Source of the DNA: Candidatus Thorarchaeota archaeon
Lineage (GTDB): Archaea > Asgardarchaeota > Thorarchaeia > Thorarchaeales > Thorarchaeaceae
Reading direction: 5' to 3'
Assembly: GCA_046482545.1 (NCBI GenBank)
Contig: JAWOEX010000010.1
Location: 173,886 to 237,885, forward strand
Length of the DNA: 64,000 bases
Positions 59,701 through 64,000 of the stretch are shown piece after piece; within the stretch, counting starts at the first letter, position 1; each line of letters begins with the position of its first letter. The notes under the pieces were generated by a model, which did not search any database, had not been told where the DNA came from, and worked only from the letters and a program-made list of their open reading frames with translations. Both the position numbers and the translations under genes were made by a program.

Positions 59701-60935
59701 CATCCCCAGCACAAGACCAGGTAGACCTTGTCGATATTCGCTTCGTGATGACCCTTTCATCATATGGAGAAGAGTATGAGTGGCGTGCTGTCCTGGACCC
59801 GAGTACGACAGCGGGCATCGCATTCGGGTTGTTTCCGACTGGTCAAACCAAGGAGGGCATTGAATGGGGCCTCCAGCGACTGGATTTGGTTCAGCAAGCC
59901 GCAAAACGATTGCATCGCTTCAATGACGTAAAGATATACATCCTCAGAAGGAAAAGGAACCCGAATTCGGATGCAGAGAAGAGCCCCGGGTGGTGGATGT
60001 GGAGGCAGACTGATGGACCATCGGCCTGGACATTTGTCGGTACGTGTGACTATGTCCTGCGTCGGAGTTCAGCTGACATCGCTCTGCAAGGTTTTGGCAT
60101 CAATCCAAGGGATCCCCCGGGGGGAGTTTCGGTCCCAGATATGCCGTTCCCTTCGGGTTTCGAAACTGGTCTGCGGAGCGCTATTCGCGACCTGTCGGAG
60201 AATCTTGGGAGGGTACAAGCGGTGAAGGTGCAGCTGCGTAAGTATGGTGAACGTTGTGCGGTCAAGTTCATAGACAGTGAAAGCGAGGAATCCCTTCACA
60301 CACTCCTACTCAACAATACAGTTGATGTCCTGAGGTTGCTCAAGTGGCCATGGACAGCGGGACGGCCACTGCGGGTGGGGAACCTGCACCTGACATGGAA
60401 CACGCTCCACGATTATTCCCGGATAGAACCAGACATCGACTTTGGAGAAGAGTATAGATTCCTAGAAAGTTACATGGTGAGCACCTCAAGGGGTTTGAGA
60501 CCGTCGCTCTCTCCCCTCATCGATGCTGCTGTGGAAGACTTACAACCAGAGCAAATCACCATCTATCACAATGAGGTGTTATGTCCCCTTACCAAAGACC
60601 CGAGGCTAGACCATGATGCCTGTTGGGCTGTGGAGCTGTCGCCAAGCAGCTGGCAGCTCTTGGGTGGCAAGAACACTGCCATTCACGAAGGATTGACAGA
60701 TACGCAGGTGAGAGAACTCATCGATACCCTAGAAGGGGCACTGGAAGGACAGCGAATCGCACTGACATTTGACCCTGGTAAAACCGATGTTGACAGACTC
60801 GTCTTCAGCGAAAGCGAAGTCATGCGAGAATTATCGGCAAAGCACAGGGGGATATCTATGACAAAGCACCATCCTGGTCATACTGTCCGCATCAAGATCA
60901 TGCGAGAGCGGTATGGGATTGAGGGAGATGAATGA
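56703..60935 (+). CDS. 1410-aa protein: AT-hook, Cas4/RecB-like PD-(D/E)XK nuclease, degenerate RecA-like domain, unknown C-terminus
   Basis: SRGRPS; GSRVHE...FETPL...GKADVI...LDLKT...QIDAY; LLFTSAASPTSSGIS...IVWID...LIVVSGMD. Confidence 0.8.
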   Translation: MSRSRGRPSKVMPKHPNKVISLAVRRGLSAAVELQRNIQNKKTENLYRSSRDSLAAAKDVYYQTVESGEGDHKYIIKAESTIRKNLLKMIMENTAAYGNTEVKRVRNPHAKVGPLNQRFNVLGAQLRNFGMTRYLFPDPKLFRYETRIVGEKRKEYRVAGYPPDSYGPRTPLVHPNLPSLDLVDSIRHHLDYFAGYAFIYDIPPREAGRYWNLYQLRARPYLDYLYSECLIGTNGFRGGTDSILRELKEDVEYHYETRQGAPRTVTESKPERKPTLSTDICRNWIEEAYSKGITHESIEEFELVVEDESLFREGDMARLYSRLEEKASKTGSRVHEFVFSQLTSPWSLRDAITRGDSYGSSDGYLVCFETPLDTEKGKGKADVILLRRVVSEQGNQAHYRPVMVLDLKTKLGPTITLGIKDIHSEVDSKRTFVERTFPPEYAFRKQEEEKKRYKRVIDYRFGRRPLDDEEWEAFIQAMPDEDTQKQIDAYTAAVSDIYKELTDCGEKPAIFTGTMLVDVTEDIRLLRDMLRGLIINAYEEVAKGPLREGRVVLEPKVRGHKPRVALVMNEQEQPVKATETPIQPSWRPPYNPLTLAQSHGRRFLLFTSAASPTSSGISAAWHAKYYHGLQEIKQMTEEHEYDDIVWIDLASDFIEPELREARLLLRPYSNDEEDTRRAHRQDVQELVDRISFRGLFDEVDSFIFRNGAAEAVGKRLESLPQEDCLIVVSGMDTIRYATPEPYRWQLNPLLRIILSQLPTSDSATIFWFDSPVPAAEMSTPYSKRSLLPFYDSSPLRGVVSQIIWNLPVAPRDEVLPGEWFLPYPTKTPMYDDIRVIVRQKKTGFSIESTLVPLLMEWSKRFDNRGMGKVSHRNSFAEVVPDASVRARMETLALSLIPWLVDLHPTQKMDAKHGFQCIRQEYEQMLSEYSIPQDIITFDRSVLATPLGSAPSLLKRVRIRPDGAGGGKAFQPLYVGVINYPRIYHESQKLKTKPWRLQQKPSPAQDQVDLVDIRFVMTLSSYGEEYEWRAVLDPSTTAGIAFGLFPTGQTKEGIEWGLQRLDLVQQAAKRLHRFNDVKIYILRRKRNPNSDAEKSPGWWMWRQTDGPSAWTFVGTCDYVLRRSSADIALQGFGINPRDPPGGVSVPDMPFPSGFETGLRSAIRDLSENLGRVQAVKVQLRKYGERCAVKFIDSESEESLHTLLLNNTVDVLRLLKWPWTAGRPLRVGNLHLTWNTLHDYSRIEPDIDFGEEYRFLESYMVSTSRGLRPSLSPLIDAAVEDLQPEQITIYHNEVLCPLTKDPRLDHDACWAVELSPSSWQLLGGKNTAIHEGLTDTQVRELIDTLEGALEGQRIALTFDPGKTDVDRLVFSESEVMRELSAKHRGISMTKHHPGHTVRIKIMRERYGIEGDE

Positions 60936-60937
60936 GG

Positions 60938-61558
60938 TCACTTTCCAGAGCGTTGCCCCCTGATGATTTCGGTCGCCCCGAACCTATGCGCGTGCCGTTC
61001 TTCCCCCTCTTTCTCAAACTGGGTGAGTCCCCAGTACATCGTAGAGACCATGAGCACTTTCTGATCATTCAGAGGATCTGCAGAGTATCCGAATGTGATA
61101 TCTGGACTCTTCTCTATTCCCCCTGAGAGAGCTGCAGGTAATGATATCGTTGCCTTTATCGCAGTGACGGACGGGTCTCCTGGGGGCTGTTTGCATATGT
61201 AGCCCCAGAACCGTGGGTACAGTCCGATTGGTCCCTGAATCCTGTGGATGGCAGTGGGTACGAGGAGCAAGGAGCAGTCAACCAAGTCGTCGCTCCAGGT
61301 CAGCTCCTCGTACTGTGAATCAGTATCGAGGAACATAATCTCGTCCATACACTCGTAGACGAACATCTGCCAGAGCGCCTGTTCTTCCCCTAGATCTTCT
61401 ACTTCGTCACAGTCTTCGTACATTTCGGGATACCAGTCAAGATCGACATCGATCGCCTTGCCAGTCATGACTTTGAGTACGTACGGGCTGTCCCCGTCGG
61501 ACCCCCTTGGACCCATGAACTCGCTGAGATCGTCTGAGCCTGTATCGTCGCTCATCAC
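60938..61558 (-). CDS. Acidic hypothetical cargo protein
   Basis: 206-aa ORF with GGAG upstream, convergent on the giant gene. Confidence 0.7.
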   Translation of the reverse strand: MMSDDTGSDDLSEFMGPRGSDGDSPYVLKVMTGKAIDVDLDWYPEMYEDCDEVEDLGEEQALWQMFVYECMDEIMFLDTDSQYEELTWSDDLVDCSLLLVPTAIHRIQGPIGLYPRFWGYICKQPPGDPSVTAIKATISLPAALSGGIEKSPDITFGYSADPLNDQKVLMVSTMYWGLTQFEKEGEERHAHRFGATEIIRGQRSGK

Positions 61559-62290
61559 ACATTCTCTCCCATAGAAGAAACTCGTGCCGGGTCGTGAGCT
61601 GAAATTGCGTTGGTATGATATTGAATTCCCAAGTCGTTGAGTCTATATTCAGCCCGGGAACGTAGACGATTTGATGCTATGCTCCCGCTTCCCTGATACT
61701 GGTGAGGCTTTCGGTTTCCATGTCGTTTCGTAATCGCTTGAGTAGTTCCTTTATTTGGTTCTTTCAGCATAGGTAACCTGTTCATAGGACATACCCTCTG
61801 ATAGTATAGCTACTAGAAACTGGCTGGCATCAATCTTTCGGTTTTCATACCCGGGGTGTATGAGGGTTTTTGAGAACCCATCTGAGCGGTCATACTATTT
61901 TTTACATATTCATTTCACCTTAAAACTTCTAGATTTTACTAATCAGACCTATAAATGCCCAGATGAAAAGACCTTTGCAGTAGTTTCCCGGTCTCCACGG
62001 TTTTTTTAGGCGCCATGCTTGTCATTATGATAGTACAAAGCCATATTCCACTGAGAAATCTGCAATCCGCATGTGTGCATGGAACCCGGGAAAGTCACTC
62101 CGCAGGGATAGGCTGAAATTGCACCCTTGAAGGTGTCCAGCTCAGCTTGGGTATCGCTGATAAGAACGTTCTATCAAAGCTTGGTGGGTTGTGACCTTGA
62201 AGGACTAGAAGAACCACTTCCTGAAAATATCACTCTCAACGTTGCAATGCACATATTCTCTTGAGCTTGGAGTCTGGTTACTATGGTGGA

Positions 62291-62360
62291 GTTAAGAGAA
62301 AATCATACAAGCATTGCACATCTGGAACTGTTGATTTTTTGAGGATTTTGTAAAATCCAT
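62291..62360. repeat. Internal degenerate second copy of the left end
   Basis: gttaagagaaaatcataca...gattttttgaggattttgtaaaatcc versus ggtaacaggaaatcttaca...gatttatttaggattttgtaaaattcc. Confidence 0.7.
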
Positions 62361-62790
62361 TGTGTTCCAAGAGACAAGACTCGCTGCAGAGTATGGTTTC
62401 TTGAACCTAATTGTGGAGAAATACTGCTGGGACTGGATGATACGCGGCTGAGCATCTACGGTGACGGCCACCTGATCGAGAACTAGCAGCCCTATGAATG
62501 TGACACCAAGAAATTACATTCGACGTACATCATCTTGAACAGGGTCAAGGACTTTTCTACTTGCGCTGACCTCTCGGAGTTCACGCTGTTTGCAGAGAAG
62601 CTCAAAGAGAACAAGGAATAGAAGAAGACGAAACAGACCTTGAGCAGCTGGCGGGGGAGGCAGGTGTTAAGGCTGTAGATTTGTTACGCTCATGACACAG
62701 TCTATACTCTCAATATGGGTGGCTGGATTCCTGCCATACGGGTAGGATACCGACTTGGTGTATGCAAGATGGTCTATCTCCCACACGAGG

Positions 62791-62859
62791 TAACAGGAAA
62801 TCTTACAGAAATCTTACACTTCTATGTGCCGATTTATTTAGGATTTTGTAAAATTCCGA
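62791..62859. repeat. Left-end hairpin with GAAATCTTACA repeats
   Basis: ggaaatcttacagaaatcttaca...ggattttgtaaaattcc: two direct copies and one inverted copy. Confidence 0.85.
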
Positions 62860-63128
62860 GCAATCCAGATATGACCGGCATAGGTTCCATCCTCATCTTC
62901 AGCAATGAAAATGCGACAGTCATCACGCTCCAAGTCATAAGAGTCCACAACTTCATCCTTGAATATCTGGAATATCTCTTCCTCTGACCTGTCAGGATAT
63001 TTTTCCTTCAACTCGATATAGTGCCTATCATTAGTTGATCTAGCAGTTTCAAAGGACATGCGATAGAAGTTCTGCATATCTTCCTCATCTTTTCGTCGGC
63101 GGATATTGAATTGCATTATGGACGCCAC
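62860..63128 (-). pseudogene. 5' part of the split GNAT gene
   Basis: MASIMQFNIRR...IFIAEDEDGTYAGHIWIA, then runs into element sequence and stops. Confidence 0.9.
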
Positions 63129-63219
63129 GCACTAATGGATTCCGTTTTCAGTTTAGCAATATCTATCCAAATAGGAGGAGCCTTCCTTTTGTATTTGTTT
63201 CCAACTGGTGATGTGGCCT

Positions 63220-63579
63220 CTATTGGTGAGAAGAAGAATGGGCTAGGGAGAAACAGTCGTTTATCATCGATTGCATGATTGCAGTTCTGATGGTACCTAC
63301 ATCTGGAAGTCCGCTGAACATCCTATTACAGATTCTGATTATCGGTAGCATAAATTGTCTCGGCATCGGCAATTCGTCTGCAGAGCATTCGTTGATATCG
63401 ACCCTCTTTATAGCAGAGGGATCAATGGCGAGGTCTGTGACAGCCTCTAGCAATGCCTTCCAAGCGGCTCCGCACCACAGGCAATCCTCACTGCCGTAGA
63501 ACATAATGCATGACCTTCTGCCACATGACGTTTGCGTGGTCGTTTTGACTTTTGCAGACTTCCAGATATCTAATGTCAT
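63220..63579 (-). CDS. Thioredoxin-like protein (CLWC); paralog of 24686-25024
   Basis: FYGSEDCLWC...LPIIRIC...FSGLP. Confidence 0.75.
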   Translation of the reverse strand: MTLDIWKSAKVKTTTQTSCGRRSCIMFYGSEDCLWCGAAWKALLEAVTDLAIDPSAIKRVDINECSADELPMPRQFMLPIIRICNRMFSGLPDVGTIRTAIMQSMINDCFSLAHSSSHQ

Positions 63580-63811
63580 CGTCCTGTAGGACTATTTTGT
63601 TTTGGAGCATAATATAGGTTGTAATGATGTCCCTCTCCACAGAAATGGCGGTAGCGGTTCTCTAGTCATGTTTGTAGGCACTTTGTTTTGGAAGAACTCT
63701 GGCGGCTGGTACGCAAGGATAATTGCTCTAAAAACAGGCCATAAGTTGATACAGTCTTCTTAACAAACGGACAATCGCTAGGTATACCTTCGTTTCCTAT
63801 GAACAATGGCA

Positions 63812-64000
63812 TTACTTTGGAATGTCAAGCTCGAGAAGCTTTCTGCAGCATTCGATGCGTTCTTCCAAGATGTTCGCCCTATGAAGGTTGGTCACAACGA
63901 GCTTTCCTTGATTAGTATAGGTAGGGGCAGATTTACCACGGTACTCGCCAAACAGATAGCCCACTTTTCCAATCTTGATTACGCCGTAGAGTAAAGCAAG
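63812..64000 (-). CDS. 3' end of a gene starting beyond the window
   Basis: Open frame LALLYGVIKIG...CCRKLLELDIPK* running to the window edge. Confidence 0.5.
   Translation of the reverse strand, partial: LALLYGVIKIGKVGYLFGEYRGKSAPTYTNQGKLVVTNLHRANILEERIECCRKLLELDIPK

Larger units (their letters stand above)
54640..62859 (-). mobile_element. Element E: ~8.2-kb TnpB-carrying mobile element without a recognisable transposase
   Basis: Interrupts the GNAT gene, 12-bp direct repeat, both ends shared with copies A-D. Confidence 0.92.

Noticed and set aside
61555-62290. ORF 61555-61785 and nearby fragments as a hidden transposase
   Set aside because: Short, interrupted frames with no HUH, DDE or recombinase motif
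54640-62859. Ordinary IS200/IS605 or IS607 element
   Set aside because: No TnpA, 8.2-kb length and a 10-12 bp flanking direct repeat
1-64000. CRISPR array, tRNA or rRNA
   Set aside because: No regularly spaced repeats or recognisable structural RNA genes were seen, so the nuclease is called TnpB rather than Cas12f

Overview
This looks like an archaeal chromosomal segment, most likely from an Asgard (Thorarchaeota-like) archaeon. That is inferred from archaeal psmA, dtdA and methanogen-type serS, a eukaryote-type SECIS, a degenerate Ras/Rab-like fold and a CIA2/MIP18-like protein. Most of the window is housekeeping and hypothetical genes. Two things stand out. (1) An apparently undescribed mobile-element family is present in at least five pieces. 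The full copy (54640-62859, ~8.2 kb) splits a GNAT gene and is flanked by a 12-bp direct repeat. It has no recognisable transposase. It carries a TnpB with a Fanzor-type rearranged RuvC-II site, divergent from a 1410-aa protein with a Cas4/RecB-like nuclease and a degenerate RecA-like domain. Two ~550-bp omegaRNA-only derivatives with their own TATA-like boxes sit head-to-head in place of the middle of a ThiF/UbaA gene, and two further remnants lie at 0.4-1.3 kb and 16.6-17.1 kb. Junctions share a pseudo-palindromic TATC-NN-GATA-like site. (2) A candidate new selenoprotein (20715-21521) has an in-frame UGA in a CxxU motif and a eukaryote-like SECIS overlapping its stop codon; the ORF track truncates it. 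Also present: an IscS lacking the PLP lysine, an IscU fusion, a coiled-coil gene cluster and several paralog sets. All calls are by-eye motif reading; no searches were run.
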